Shown here: positions 21,032 through 31,672 of the stretch, piece after piece
Layout of the letters: each line of letters begins with the position of its first letter
Position numbering within the stretch: the first letter of the stretch is position 1
From: a virus
Lineage: Duplodnaviria; Caudoviricetes
Virus record (IMG/VR): IMGVR_UViG_3300035208_004923
Location: 224,001 to 288,000 of that record
Reading direction: 5' to 3' (one strand)
DNA: 64,000 nucleotides
Notes under the pieces: generated by a model
What the model was told of the DNA's origin: nothing
Seen by the model: the letters and a program-made list of their open reading frames with translations, nothing else
Database searches by the model: none
Position numbers and translations under genes: made by a program

Positions 21032-21915
21032 TATATTCCTCTTAGAGATTTTCTTTTATCTAGTTCCGATTCGTGAACAATTCTTTCGTTTATAATATCA
21101 GGACCCATTGCAATTTCAAGTTCTTTCAATCCTTTTATTAATTTTGATTGACCTATAGGTTCAACTGATGCCATTTGGTCAGATCCCCATAATGTTCTGT
21201 CTCGCGTAATGTGTCTTTCAATATATTCTGCTCCAATAACAGCAGCAGCAAAAGTAGCAGTTAAACCAAATTCATGACCACTATATCCTATTGAAGTTTT
21301 GTCGCCATATTTTGTAATTAGGTGCTTAATATAGTTTAAATTTATTCCTTCTAATGGAGATGGATATGCAGAATTTGTATGAAATAAAACATCTGGCATC
21401 CCCTCGGCAACAGCAATTTCGATTTCACGTTCTGTACTCATGCCAGTAGATAACATAAGTATATCAGCGGCAGATCTTGCATATTTAATTAATGCAGTGT
21501 CAGTAATCAATGCAGATGGTATTTTCATGATTAATGGTCGTTCTTCTATTCCAACCGTAACATCGTGTAATTCGATTGCAAAATTAACAGAATCAATATC
21601 CCATACAGATAGAAAAAAACCTATTCCTAAATCCATTGCTAATATGTATAACATTGTGTAATCTGCAATGTCTAATTCAATATCTTTCTTATATTGCAAA
21701 TATGTTATAGGTTCTTTTTCCCATGGAACGGATTTCATCACATGTTTTTGACTTTCAGGAATACATATGTCAGGATTTCTTTTTTGAAACTTTACATAAT
21801 CAAATCCTGACATTGCCGCAAGTCGAACAAGATTCATTGCGTTATCAATAAATTTTGTTTTATCTGTGCCATACGCATAATTGATACCTATTTCTGCTAT
21901 AGTTTTTGTTTTCAT
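21031..21915 (-). CDS. neuB: N-acetylneuraminate synthase family protein
   Basis: IAEIGIN, VKFQKR, KIPSA, LSTGMS, GYSGHE, IERHIT..GSDQ. Confidence 0.88.
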   Translation of the reverse strand: MKTKTIAEIGINYAYGTDKTKFIDNAMNLVRLAAMSGFDYVKFQKRNPDICIPESQKHVMKSVPWEKEPITYLQYKKDIELDIADYTMLYILAMDLGIGFFLSVWDIDSVNFAIELHDVTVGIEERPLIMKIPSALITDTALIKYARSAADILMLSTGMSTEREIEIAVAEGMPDVLFHTNSAYPSPLEGINLNYIKHLITKYGDKTSIGYSGHEFGLTATFAAAVIGAEYIERHITRDRTLWGSDQMASVEPIGQSKLIKGLKELEIAMGPDIINERIVHESELDKRKSLRGI

Positions 21916-22556
21916 ATAATATTGTTACTAAAAGGTATTTCGATATGAACGCTGTAATCAATAACTGCATTCGATAAATCTGAGAATCCAGTAGATTGCG
22001 TTGCAATTATTGGATTTACACAAAAACATGGGACTGACTTTTGTAAAATTGAAAAGTAAACATCACCAACATCTTCTGGAACAATGATTGCATTTGTTTT
22101 TGTGAATTGTTCTATGATGATATCATAAACACAACTATTGTAGCATATTGCATGCGAACAATATGAATTTGTTATTCTTATTAAATTTTCTGATACTTTG
22201 CGTTGTTTTGCACCATTTATGTTTGCACCTAAATAAAACATATGCCAATCAATATTTGAAATCTGTTCATTGGCTTTTGTTAATGTAGATGTAACATTAT
22301 TTGCGTGTAGAAATTTTACATCATCTTCTAAAATTAATATGTTTTTTAATTTTTTTTCTTTTGCATATATTAGCAAATTAAGAATAGACTTTATTAATCC
22401 GATTCTACCATCTTCGTGCGTTATTGCACTTAATCTTTGTACTTTATTTCGTATACCAAGCGTATCGAATTCTTTTACAACAGATTCCCATCTGTCAGGT
22501 CTTCTATCCAAATTAATACACCAAATTTCTTCAAAAAAATCAAACGGATTATTCAT
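21912..22556 (-). CDS. GT25-like glycosyltransferase
   Basis: CINLDRRPDRW, LILEDD, MFYLG. Confidence 0.75.
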   Translation of the reverse strand: MNNPFDFFEEIWCINLDRRPDRWESVVKEFDTLGIRNKVQRLSAITHEDGRIGLIKSILNLLIYAKEKKLKNILILEDDVKFLHANNVTSTLTKANEQISNIDWHMFYLGANINGAKQRKVSENLIRITNSYCSHAICYNSCVYDIIIEQFTKTNAIIVPEDVGDVYFSILQKSVPCFCVNPIIATQSTGFSDLSNAVIDYSVHIEIPFSNNII

Positions 22557-23280
22557 TGCATTCTATGTATTTTTCGTTCTGTAAATTTTCAAATGCAGCA
22601 TGTTCATTTTCATCAAATTCTGCGCCATGAATTCTAGTACCGCTATGAATTTCTACTGATTGCCCAATTAATTGAATAAAATTATTGCTATCAACCACGT
22701 CTATAAATCCGGGCGCAAATCCATGAATTATACAACGCAATGTATAATTTGAATGTTCATGTCCATACTTGTGCGGTAAAACTTTAAAGTATCCAATATT
22801 CTTTACAATATTTTTTGTTAACACTAGCATACATCCATTAGTATGATCTGATTGAATTACATTGAAATCATTCTTTTCAATATTTTTTGTATTTTTATGA
22901 TCTCCAGGCACTTGATAGCATAAATGTTCAATTCCTGTATTTTCTATTGCATCAACATACTGTTTAACAAAATCTGGACTAACAACTTTCATGTCATCAT
23001 CAATTAAGAAACAAATATCATATTCATTTTCTTCAAAATACTTTATAGCTGTATTTTTGCATTTTGCAATACCGCCATTATACGTTCTGTTAATGATATG
23101 AAACTTATCTTTATATGTTTCCAATAATTCGTTATGAAGTTTGTTTGTCGATGCATCATTTACAATTACCACTTTGGCATTTACATTAATAAATGAATCT
23201 AAACATTCTTTTATTATTTTTATACGATCATCTGATGCTTTATCTGATACATATGTTGATATTGCTATACATATTTTCAT
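22549..23280 (-). CDS. GT2 glycosyltransferase
   Basis: IVNDAS, GGIAKCKN, LIDDD. Confidence 0.75.
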   Translation of the reverse strand: MKICIAISTYVSDKASDDRIKIIKECLDSFINVNAKVVIVNDASTNKLHNELLETYKDKFHIINRTYNGGIAKCKNTAIKYFEENEYDICFLIDDDMKVVSPDFVKQYVDAIENTGIEHLCYQVPGDHKNTKNIEKNDFNVIQSDHTNGCMLVLTKNIVKNIGYFKVLPHKYGHEHSNYTLRCIIHGFAPGFIDVVDSNNFIQLIGQSVEIHSGTRIHGAEFDENEHAAFENLQNEKYIECNE

Positions 23281-25481
23281 ACGCCTTGTATTTTTAATTT
23301 ATTTTGGCAAACATATATTCCAAAGATTCTCTCCATCGAGTGTTCATGCGTTCCGCCATTTTTATCATTTGATTTTCCTTTATTGAATTTGCTGTAAGTT
23401 TCATCTATATTAATTTCTTCAAAGAATTTTTCCCATAAATCCCCTTTAACCCAAAACATTGTTCCGCCAATAAAGAAACTAGTTGTTTCCCAATTACTCC
23501 AGTTTAATTTAGTTGCATATTGCTTGATTATTTCTAGGTTCTGCTTTGTATACCATTCATTTATGTTAAATGTAATTCTCCATTTATTTGAACCTACCAT
23601 GCCTACATCAGGTGCATTCAAACAATTGATGCATGTCATAACATTATCTTCACTTCCGCATAATGGCTGTATTAATGCATTACGCCATACTTCACCATGC
23701 ACAATTCTAGCTTCATTAATGTCACCTGGGTCTATACTTTTCTTCGTGTGGATTTTCAAATAGTAATCATAATGCATATTATTTTTTGCAATTTCTTTCA
23801 TAGTAAGAAATGTTGGCCCAATATCCATTCCGATATTTCCAGCAGTTATGAATATGACTTTGTGCATCAAATCAGAATCTTTGAATATTTTCTTAAGTCG
23901 CATTGTTTCTAACATGCTAGTGTTATCAGGTATTGTTACGTATACATCACTAGGATATTTGATATTTTTAATACTATCTATAAATTCTTTTACTAAATCT
24001 ATATAATATAAATGCATCAGAACAGCAATCTTTGCTTTGGATTCTTTAACAACAGGTATCTCATACGCATTCGGGTCAAAGTAATGTTTGCAAAAAGGTG
24101 TAAAATGAAATGCATGATAATTGAATGCTTTTACATTGCTATCAGACAATATCCACATTTCAGCTTTGTAACGATCTCTACCGGTTACTGTATATGTTTC
24201 ATTTAATGAATTCAATTTTTTTATATAGGAACTATTTGCACACCAGAAGTTACCTGCATAATGATCTTTGTACCAGCTATTAGCTTCGCCCAGAATCATA
24301 CTTGTACCGACGGTATCGTATTTTTCAAGTAATGACATGTTACGTTCCCAATGGTCAAATACAAAGTGCTCCATATATTTTCGCCATGAACCTAATTTAT
24401 TTGCATCATAATTTTGTAATCTAGATGATGAGCCTTTTGTGTGAAAGTATATACATTTGAAATCTTCAGTTTGCGAATCATTTCGTAAAATCTCAAGTAT
24501 TGGCATTTCAGCATCACTTATATTTTCACTTTTATATACGCATTCAAATTTTTTTGGTAATTTAGGCAATAATTTGATATTTCCCACTACACTATATAAA
24601 ATCTTATTAGCCGCATCGTATATGCCTGTATCTTTTAACGTTTTTATTTGGTCGTTTATTATTTCGATACATGAATCATCAATTAAACCAATATGATAAT
24701 AAATTTTTATTTTCTTGGTGTTTTTTGGCAAAATCGAATTATCTATCATGCCATCAACAAATGTCAAGCCATTTTCCTTTTTGCATGTTCGTATGTACGG
24801 CATTTGCATTTCTTTCGATATTTGTATTGGATTTGCTGATATAAACGCATCAAGATCCTTTGCCGTGTCAACATCGATTGTATCATTTATTTTATGAAAT
24901 ATGGTATTCGGGTAATACAAATTTTGATTCAGTAAAGAAACAATCGCAGGTTCAAATATTGCAACAAAATGAGAAATCTCAAAAACTTTTGGATAATCTT
25001 GTCTTCTGTATAAATCGTGTTTAATTACCTGTTCTCCAAATAATGCATTTTTTTCAATCATCATAAGATATGGACTTTGCTTTACATCCTTTTTACATAG
25101 TAGCGAGTTGCCTCTATGCATTCTTAATTTTGCATACGCATTTTGAATATCTTCCCATGTACGTTCTGGGTACGTGAGATACAACATAATAATTGTTGAT
25201 TGAATTCTTTGTGTTGCTATAAATTCATTAACAAGCGTTTTTGTTGACGCATTATCTGTTGCTGAAGATTCAGTTCTTCTATGAACTTTAACACCTTTGC
25301 TTTCGCATATTTGCTGTATGTATTCATCATCTGTGCTAACCCATACTTTATTAATGTAAAACGATGGTATTGAATTTAGCGTATAATCCAACAGTCTCCT
25401 GTTTTTGAAAGGGAGCCCTTTGCTCCCTTTCCTTGCAGGAATTAAAATTATAAAGTTATCATCAACAAGAAACTTGCTCAT
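23277..25481 (-). CDS. Fusion: CMP-sialic acid synthetase + GT-like domain + RgpF-like domain
   Basis: LIPARKGSKGLPFKN..IDVDT (NeuA); YFHTKGSS..HYAGNFW; IAVLMHLYY..GMDIG..KIHTKKS..FIGGTMFW..EHSMER (RgpF). Confidence 0.75.
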   Translation of the reverse strand: MSKFLVDDNFIILIPARKGSKGLPFKNRRLLDYTLNSIPSFYINKVWVSTDDEYIQQICESKGVKVHRRTESSATDNASTKTLVNEFIATQRIQSTIIMLYLTYPERTWEDIQNAYAKLRMHRGNSLLCKKDVKQSPYLMMIEKNALFGEQVIKHDLYRRQDYPKVFEISHFVAIFEPAIVSLLNQNLYYPNTIFHKINDTIDVDTAKDLDAFISANPIQISKEMQMPYIRTCKKENGLTFVDGMIDNSILPKNTKKIKIYYHIGLIDDSCIEIINDQIKTLKDTGIYDAANKILYSVVGNIKLLPKLPKKFECVYKSENISDAEMPILEILRNDSQTEDFKCIYFHTKGSSSRLQNYDANKLGSWRKYMEHFVFDHWERNMSLLEKYDTVGTSMILGEANSWYKDHYAGNFWCANSSYIKKLNSLNETYTVTGRDRYKAEMWILSDSNVKAFNYHAFHFTPFCKHYFDPNAYEIPVVKESKAKIAVLMHLYYIDLVKEFIDSIKNIKYPSDVYVTIPDNTSMLETMRLKKIFKDSDLMHKVIFITAGNIGMDIGPTFLTMKEIAKNNMHYDYYLKIHTKKSIDPGDINEARIVHGEVWRNALIQPLCGSEDNVMTCINCLNAPDVGMVGSNKWRITFNINEWYTKQNLEIIKQYATKLNWSNWETTSFFIGGTMFWVKGDLWEKFFEEINIDETYSKFNKGKSNDKNGGTHEHSMERIFGIYVCQNKLKIQGV

Positions 25482-26962
25482 TAGAATAATTTTTTTGCTT
25501 TATCGTTTACAGTTGCTCTGTTTTGATGTTTATTATTTTGTCTGAAATCTTTTTCATTTGAAAATGGTAATTCGCCATTTATGAATTTCATTACTTCCAT
25601 TGCAAAATGACTAGCAGTTACAACAGGAACGTTTTGTGAAATTTGTTGTGTTGCAGCATTTCCTTTTTCATTTTCCCACATGTTGAAATCATGAGGATGA
25701 CCCATTAGCCAAATCAATTCACGTAGAGTTAAAAATCTCATTTTAGTAGGGTGCATACCACGATACATGTTTCTTCCAACAACGGCGTTGAAATGTCCAT
25801 GGAAAAAGTGTGGTGAATTGTCCCACCATCCCATTTTTTTCGCTAATTTATTTTTAACGTGAACAAGATTTTTGATTTCCCATTCAGCAGCTTCAGCATC
25901 AGCGTAATCTTTTCTGATTACTTCAATTGCTTCATCAATTTTGCCTGTCCATGCAAGATGATTATGTAATGTAGTATGGTCATGTTCAGCAACCCATTCA
26001 GCGTGTGTTTTATTATTTTGTTTCAACACCCAATCATATGATGGGTAAACTGGTGTTGTCCATTCTTCACCATCGTGCTGATAAACACCTTCAGGAATTT
26101 GTGCTAAAAAGTCAGGTAAGAAAGCTTCATCTCTCGACATAAAATTCATAATAGGTGCAGTTTCGCTATTCCAGAAGAAATAGAATGTACGTTCACGTTT
26201 TTGTGGAACGCCATGCAATAATGAATTTGTTTTCATTAATGAAAATGAATATCCAAATTCTTTTGCAATTTCCGCTAATTTTGTTGCAACACCTACACCA
26301 GTTTTAGTAAATAAAGCAGGTGCATTTTCACCCCAAAGAACTTTAGGTTTTACATGTTCAAGAACAAATCTTGCGGATTTGTACATCCATTGATTTTGAA
26401 TTGCATCAGAGCCACGTGACATTTCTGAACGACCTTTCGATGCATTTAAACTTGATAAACCAGCGCATGGCGGTACCGCATTCATAAAATCGACATCTTT
26501 AAATGCTTCAGCTAATAATGAAAGACTTTTCTTTTCCTCAGCAGATTCAGTGTTTGCAAACATTGGAATATCATATTCATCGAGATTATGATATGGAACA
26601 TCTGGCCAGTAATCAACTAAACTTTTTTCGTTACCCATAAATCCTGAAAATGTAACCATAAAATCAGGTTTCTTTTGCGTTGCTAATGCGCAGCCCATTG
26701 ACATACCGCCGATAAGTGGTATAATAGTTCCCCATTTAAAAGGCTTGCCATCATTTTTTAATACTGGTCCGTTTTCAAATTCTTTTAATGTATACGGATA
26801 TTTATTTTCAGGTGCAACATATGTACCGCTGTTTGGGATTTTAGAACCTTGAATCATTACTTTAGGTAACGCAACAATTTCTTCAATTTCTGTTTGATTG
26901 CAGTCGCATTCAACTACAGGAATACGTTTTTTTGTTTTAACAATTTTTTGTTCTTTACTCAT
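25481..26962 (-). CDS. C5-cytosine DNA methyltransferase-like protein
   Basis: PPC (IV), ENA (VI), QKRER (VIII); atypical motif I IIPLIGG. Confidence 0.75.
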   Translation of the reverse strand: MSKEQKIVKTKKRIPVVECDCNQTEIEEIVALPKVMIQGSKIPNSGTYVAPENKYPYTLKEFENGPVLKNDGKPFKWGTIIPLIGGMSMGCALATQKKPDFMVTFSGFMGNEKSLVDYWPDVPYHNLDEYDIPMFANTESAEEKKSLSLLAEAFKDVDFMNAVPPCAGLSSLNASKGRSEMSRGSDAIQNQWMYKSARFVLEHVKPKVLWGENAPALFTKTGVGVATKLAEIAKEFGYSFSLMKTNSLLHGVPQKRERTFYFFWNSETAPIMNFMSRDEAFLPDFLAQIPEGVYQHDGEEWTTPVYPSYDWVLKQNNKTHAEWVAEHDHTTLHNHLAWTGKIDEAIEVIRKDYADAEAAEWEIKNLVHVKNKLAKKMGWWDNSPHFFHGHFNAVVGRNMYRGMHPTKMRFLTLRELIWLMGHPHDFNMWENEKGNAATQQISQNVPVVTASHFAMEVMKFINGELPFSNEKDFRQNNKHQNRATVNDKAKKLF

Positions 26963-26970
26963 TTTTATTT

Positions 26971-27573
26971 TTATAAGTTGTTTATAAATGGATTTTCGTG
27001 TTTTACATGATGTATTTCAAAATTCTTTATACGTTTTTCGTACATGTGAATAAATTTACTAGCTGCAAGTAATCCTGCAATAGAATCTTCATATATATGA
27101 AGTTCATCAGTTGAACTATGAAATTGATGTTTTATTTTTTCAAACGCTGTAACGTAAACATCAGGTTCAGGCTTACGTTTAATACCGCTATACGTTCCGA
27201 CGATATCTTGCCATGGAACAGTATTAGAAAATTTCTTATTTAGCATTGTTGTTACAAGTTCTTCATTTGTATTTGTAACAATGTAATATTGATGATCTAT
27301 TCGATTATTTTTAAAATCGGGTAGTTTGAATATGATTTCATCAAAGTAAGTATTGATATAATGATGTTCTTTTACTTTTTTGATTTCTGCAATTTCATCG
27401 ATTGAAAAATTTAATCCTTGTAAGAATTTGTTTGAATCATCGTAAATAAAATCATTAAAATAGTTAAAATCGAATTGTATGTCAAAATCTTTTAGTGCTT
27501 CTTTATATGAAAGATATAATGCTTTTCTCGTCAGTGCTAGAGTATCGTCCCAATCGTAGAAATGCCACTTCAT
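26971..27573 (-). CDS. HAD-family phosphatase
   Basis: DWDDT, VTN, KPEP, EDS. Confidence 0.8.
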   Translation of the reverse strand: MKWHFYDWDDTLALTRKALYLSYKEALKDFDIQFDFNYFNDFIYDDSNKFLQGLNFSIDEIAEIKKVKEHHYINTYFDEIIFKLPDFKNNRIDHQYYIVTNTNEELVTTMLNKKFSNTVPWQDIVGTYSGIKRKPEPDVYVTAFEKIKHQFHSSTDELHIYEDSIAGLLAASKFIHMYEKRIKNFEIHHVKHENPFINNL

Positions 27574-27902
27574 TAAATCAAGTTATTAGAATGTTTTATT
27601 TCAACTATTTTTTCTTTATCATTCGATTTAAAAATTAATTTTGTATCATCCCAACGCATGTTAGGGTCAACAAAAACATCTGCGTGTTTTAACTTAATGA
27701 TTTTGTATGTTTCAGGATTTTTGATTAGTCCAAGACTTGGTTTAATCACTGGCAGCTGTTGTGCTTCGAATGCATCCATTAAAAAGGTGCCTAATTGCGC
27801 ATTTGTTATGATTTTGTTATATGAAGCTTGTTCATTTATAAAAACCATAATTTGTTTTAGACCATCCCACGGGCCTAAATTAGAAATATCAATTACTTCC
27901 AT
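27573..27902 (-). CDS. Mini paralog of major capsid protein C-terminal region
   Basis: IITNAQLGTFLMD / VFVDPNMRWDDTKL vs capsid IVTNLQIATILQD / VYVDPNMSWSDTRV. Confidence 0.6.
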   Translation of the reverse strand: MEVIDISNLGPWDGLKQIMVFINEQASYNKIITNAQLGTFLMDAFEAQQLPVIKPSLGLIKNPETYKIIKLKHADVFVDPNMRWDDTKLIFKSNDKEKIVEIKHSNNLI

Positions 27903-27926
27903 TGTTTTAGATTTAGAAATTATATT

Positions 27927-28646
27927 TTATATATTGCTTGCTTTTGCTATGGCAGAACTTACATCTGTATCATCTGATTGATATGTCAAATCAATCCAAT
28001 GTTCAACAACTGGTGTAATTGTACGTTTCTCGATTGAATTGAAAAACTCTGTAATTTCATACTCTTTACGTTTTACGGAAGGTGATAAATCATTCAATTT
28101 TCTAAAGCCATCCGGTGTAAAATAAGCAAAACCGATAAAGAATTTGCCTTCTCTGTATAGATGAGGTTTTTCTATTAACTTGTTTCCGTCGATTGCACCA
28201 AATCTTTCATTTGTCGAATCTTTTTCCAATTCCTTATATGTTGCAACCGCATCGAATTCTTTCAGTAATGATTTGTCGAATTTACCTTTAACAAAGTTAT
28301 CACCAAAAAGAACAAGTACATCTTCTTGATTATCTGGTAGCCAAGGCAGTAGTCCTGCACCAGGACCATATTTATCGGTATCTTGGAATTTGAATGATAG
28401 ATTTATTTTCTCTGCTGAAAATTTTTCGACATACGAAACTAAATTTGATACAACATCATTACCAATTTCGCCATAATATGTAATATCACATTGATTTCGT
28501 GAAACTGTTACGCAAATATCTGTTATTCCATTTTCGATGCAAAAGTCGATATTATACTCTGGTAATGTCTTGTCATTAAATTTTGCAAGTAATTTATTTT
28601 TTCCGTATCTTGTTGAATTACCTGCACATAGTATGATTGCTTTCAT
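27927..28646 (-). CDS. Sugar-1-phosphate nucleotidyltransferase
   Basis: KAIILCAGNSTRYG.NK, LFGDN, IEKP, EYEIT, WIDL. Confidence 0.85.
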   Translation of the reverse strand: MKAIILCAGNSTRYGKNKLLAKFNDKTLPEYNIDFCIENGITDICVTVSRNQCDITYYGEIGNDVVSNLVSYVEKFSAEKINLSFKFQDTDKYGPGAGLLPWLPDNQEDVLVLFGDNFVKGKFDKSLLKEFDAVATYKELEKDSTNERFGAIDGNKLIEKPHLYREGKFFIGFAYFTPDGFRKLNDLSPSVKRKEYEITEFFNSIEKRTITPVVEHWIDLTYQSDDTDVSSAIAKASNI

Positions 28647-28906
28647 TATTTTTTATCTTTTATAAAGTTCACAATTCTATTCGGTATTGTTGCCCAATCA
28701 TTTCTATTCATTCCATAATTTATAGGCAATGAATTATCGTCATCTTCTATTAATAAATACCAATAATTGTCGAAGTCATCTGAATAAATGTTATACACTT
28801 GATGTATGCCAGGTATATAATCCGGCAAATTTGCAATACGTTTCAATTTTATCATATTGCCAGGTATATAACCTTCTACTTCAATAATATCATTTAATTC
28901 TATCAT
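28646..28906 (-). CDS. Hypothetical protein
   Basis: 86-aa ORF heading operon. Confidence 0.55.
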   Translation of the reverse strand: MIELNDIIEVEGYIPGNMIKLKRIANLPDYIPGIHQVYNIYSDDFDNYWYLLIEDDDNSLPINYGMNRNDWATIPNRIVNFIKDKK

Positions 28907-28954
28907 ATATCTTTTATTTCCTATTGTTATTATATACAGAACAATTTTTTAGTT

Positions 28955-29413
28955 TTACTTTCCAATTTTCACAGAATTAATATCAATGTCATTCATGTAA
29001 TTTTTTGATACTTTTCCTTTTTTCATTTCTTCAATTAAAAAAGAAATTGTATCTCTAATCATTATATGAACTGATTTTTGAGGTTCCCAACCTATTGCTT
29101 TTGCTTTGTCAATATTTGCAACAATCGTATGAGCTTCACCATTAATTTCTGGCATATATACGATAGGTATTCTTACATTAAGATACGTATAAATAATTTC
29201 AACAATTTCACGTAATGAATGCGATTCGCCTCTTCCTAAATTGAAAACTTGATTATCTGTTTTTCTATCTTCAATACATTGTATATGAAAATTATTCACA
29301 TCATCAACATGAATAAAATCTCTACGTCTTGTTTCATCGCCAAAAATGATAGGGCCATCACCATTCATTAATCGAATTGCAACGCCAGCAAATAAAGGTG
29401 GTATTGTTCTCAT
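28955..29413 (-). pseudogene. Orphan C-terminal half of NAD-dependent epimerase
   Basis: RTIPP..AIRL.NG..RRRDFIHVDDVN matches C-half of 30499..31521; lacks Rossmann fold and YxxxK. Confidence 0.75.
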
Positions 29414-29506
29414 TTATTTATATTTATATACATAGATTTCAGAAAGTTTTAATTTTTCTAAACATCATTTTAATATATAATTTATAAAATTAATAATTTT
29501 TACAAT

Positions 29507-29710
29507 ATGAAAAAAGCTCAAGCATTCTCAATATCAGAAGAAACAATTAAAAAACTTAACATCGTGTCAAAGGCGATGGGTTTTAATAAGTCGGCCATTG
29601 TCGAATCTCAAATAATAAAATTTATTAAACAGATTGAGAATGGGATGTATGATGGCTGTGAAAACTTATCAGAACAAATAAAAGAATTATATGAAAAAGA
29701 AAATTTGTAA
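29507..29710 (+). CDS. Ribbon-helix-helix DNA-binding protein
   Basis: MKKAQAFSISEETIKKLNIVSKAMGFNKSAIVE. Confidence 0.7.
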   Translation: MKKAQAFSISEETIKKLNIVSKAMGFNKSAIVESQIIKFIKQIENGMYDGCENLSEQIKELYEKENL

Positions 29711-30524
29711 ATTTTGCGGCAATGAATTTATGTCAAGACATGATAATCATATGTTTTGTACGAGGTCGTGTTCCATGAATTATAGACACCAGGATCCTAC
29801 ATATACGCAGAACATAAAAGAAAAAGTCACGGTAACAAAAAACACACCCGAGTTTAAAAAAGAGCAAAGTGTCAGGTCGTCTAAACAAATAGCTGAATTG
29901 AAAATAAATAACCCTATAAGATTTCAAATGCAATTAGACAATATGAATAGAGGTTTTAAAGATTGGATATCTATTGATGATAATCGTAAACACTTGTCTG
30001 ATAAAACAACTGAATTTTTTGAAGATCCTGTGAATAGAAAAAATTTATCAAACAAACGCATGGAATATTATGCCGTACCCGGTAATATTGAAAAACAACG
30101 TGTAATAAACAAAGAAATCCAAAACAGACCAGAAGTACGCGAAAAACAACGATCTCATTGGCGAGATGACGAATACGCAGATAAACGATTAAAACAAAGA
30201 TATAAATTTAAAAAGTATGAGATGCCGTCAGGAAGAATCGTACACGTACAAGGGTATGAAAATTTCGCCATTGACCTTTTATTACAACAATATGAGGAAA
30301 ACGATATTGTGGTAGCATGCGACGGTATCTCAAAATTTACTGGCGTTATCGAGTATGAACTTAACGGAACTCATACATATAAACCTGATATTTATATCAA
30401 ATCAAAAAACATGATAATAGAGGTTAAATCTGCTTATACATATAATGCGGCAAAAAAACAAACCCATGCAAAAGCGCAGGCTTGTGTGAATCTTGGATTT
30501 ACTTTTTATCTGATGATATTGTAA
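29691..30524 (+). CDS. Free-standing PD-(D/E)xK homing-type endonuclease
   Basis: CxxC fingers; MPSGRIVHVQGYE..YKPDIYI..IIEVKS, paralog of 17528..18199. Confidence 0.7.
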   Translation: MKKKICKFCGNEFMSRHDNHMFCTRSCSMNYRHQDPTYTQNIKEKVTVTKNTPEFKKEQSVRSSKQIAELKINNPIRFQMQLDNMNRGFKDWISIDDNRKHLSDKTTEFFEDPVNRKNLSNKRMEYYAVPGNIEKQRVINKEIQNRPEVREKQRSHWRDDEYADKRLKQRYKFKKYEMPSGRIVHVQGYENFAIDLLLQQYEENDIVVACDGISKFTGVIEYELNGTHTYKPDIYIKSKNMIIEVKSAYTYNAAKKQTHAKAQACVNLGFTFYLMIL

Positions 30525-31521
30525 CTTCTTCTATATTTATATTATCCATATAATCTTTTGGGAAATAGCCGTTCTCATAAAGATCTTTAAGATACCCTAT
30601 TAAATCTTCATGGCCTTCATCAAATTTTACCTGTGGCTCCCATCCCAGTGCTTTAGCTTTATCAATATTTGCATAGATTTCAAATGCTTCCCCATTAATT
30701 TCGGGAAGATGGTTTATTTCGTATTTATTGATTTTTAAGCTATTTGCTATACTCTTAATCATCTCATATAAAGAATAACTTTGTCCTGTTCCAAGATTGA
30801 AGACTTCGTTATCTGTTCTACTGTCTTGTATACATTGTATATGAAATCTATTAACATCATCAACATGTATGAAATCTCTACGTCTATTACCGTCTCCAAA
30901 TACTATTGGATTGGCACCGTTTAATAGTCTTATAGCAAACCCGCATGATGCAGGCGGGACTGTTCGTTTCCAATCCTGTAATTTTCCGTAAATATTAAAA
31001 TAGCGTAAACCTGTGTATGTTAATCCTTTTGTTTTGCGATATGATTCTGCTAACAAATGCAAACATGCTTTTGATGTTGCATAAATTGTTCCCGGATTCC
31101 ACTCTGATTCAACATGTGGCAAAATTTTTGAATCTTCATACATTGCAGATGTTTCTGAAAAAATAACTTTTTTCACATTATTTTCAATGCATGCATCAAA
31201 CACATTGATTGAACCCATTATGTTATTTGAAAATGCTTCCATTGGATTTTTATCGCAGTCATAAATTGAAACTAATCCCGCAAAATGAAATACATAATCA
31301 ACATCTTTAAAATGATTTTTAATATCATGATATCTTATGTCATCTTCAATTAATGTTATTTTATCATGAACACCTTCTAGAAAAGTGCCATGCGACATAT
31401 TGTCGATTCCTATAATATTTTCTTTTGGATTGGTTATTACATTTTTAGTAATCAAATCGTTAATTAAATTTGTGCCAACGAATCCACATGCGCCTGTTAT
31501 TAAAATCTTAGGTTCTTTCAT
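30499..31521 (-). CDS. NAD-dependent sugar epimerase/dehydratase
   Basis: ITGACGFVG, YATSK, LRYFNIYG; start reassigned to ATG 31521 just below a promoter motif. Confidence 0.9.
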   Translation of the reverse strand: MKEPKILITGACGFVGTNLINDLITKNVITNPKENIIGIDNMSHGTFLEGVHDKITLIEDDIRYHDIKNHFKDVDYVFHFAGLVSIYDCDKNPMEAFSNNIMGSINVFDACIENNVKKVIFSETSAMYEDSKILPHVESEWNPGTIYATSKACLHLLAESYRKTKGLTYTGLRYFNIYGKLQDWKRTVPPASCGFAIRLLNGANPIVFGDGNRRRDFIHVDDVNRFHIQCIQDSRTDNEVFNLGTGQSYSLYEMIKSIANSLKINKYEINHLPEINGEAFEIYANIDKAKALGWEPQVKFDEGHEDLIGYLKDLYENGYFPKDYMDNINIEEVTISSDKK

Positions 31522-31672
31522 ATATTTTCTTATTAATATTTTATAATTATATACATTAATGACAAATAGTTTTTTGACGAAATGATTAAAAATATTCACA
31601 ACAAGTTTCCTTTTTTGCTTGTTTGTCAAAAATCACAAACTGATATGAATATATAAATTAAAATTAAGTATT

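Noticed and set aside
31522-31629. Extended N-terminus of the epimerase in the ORF track
   Set aside because: It spans a promoter motif; ATG 31521 directly precedes the Rossmann motif
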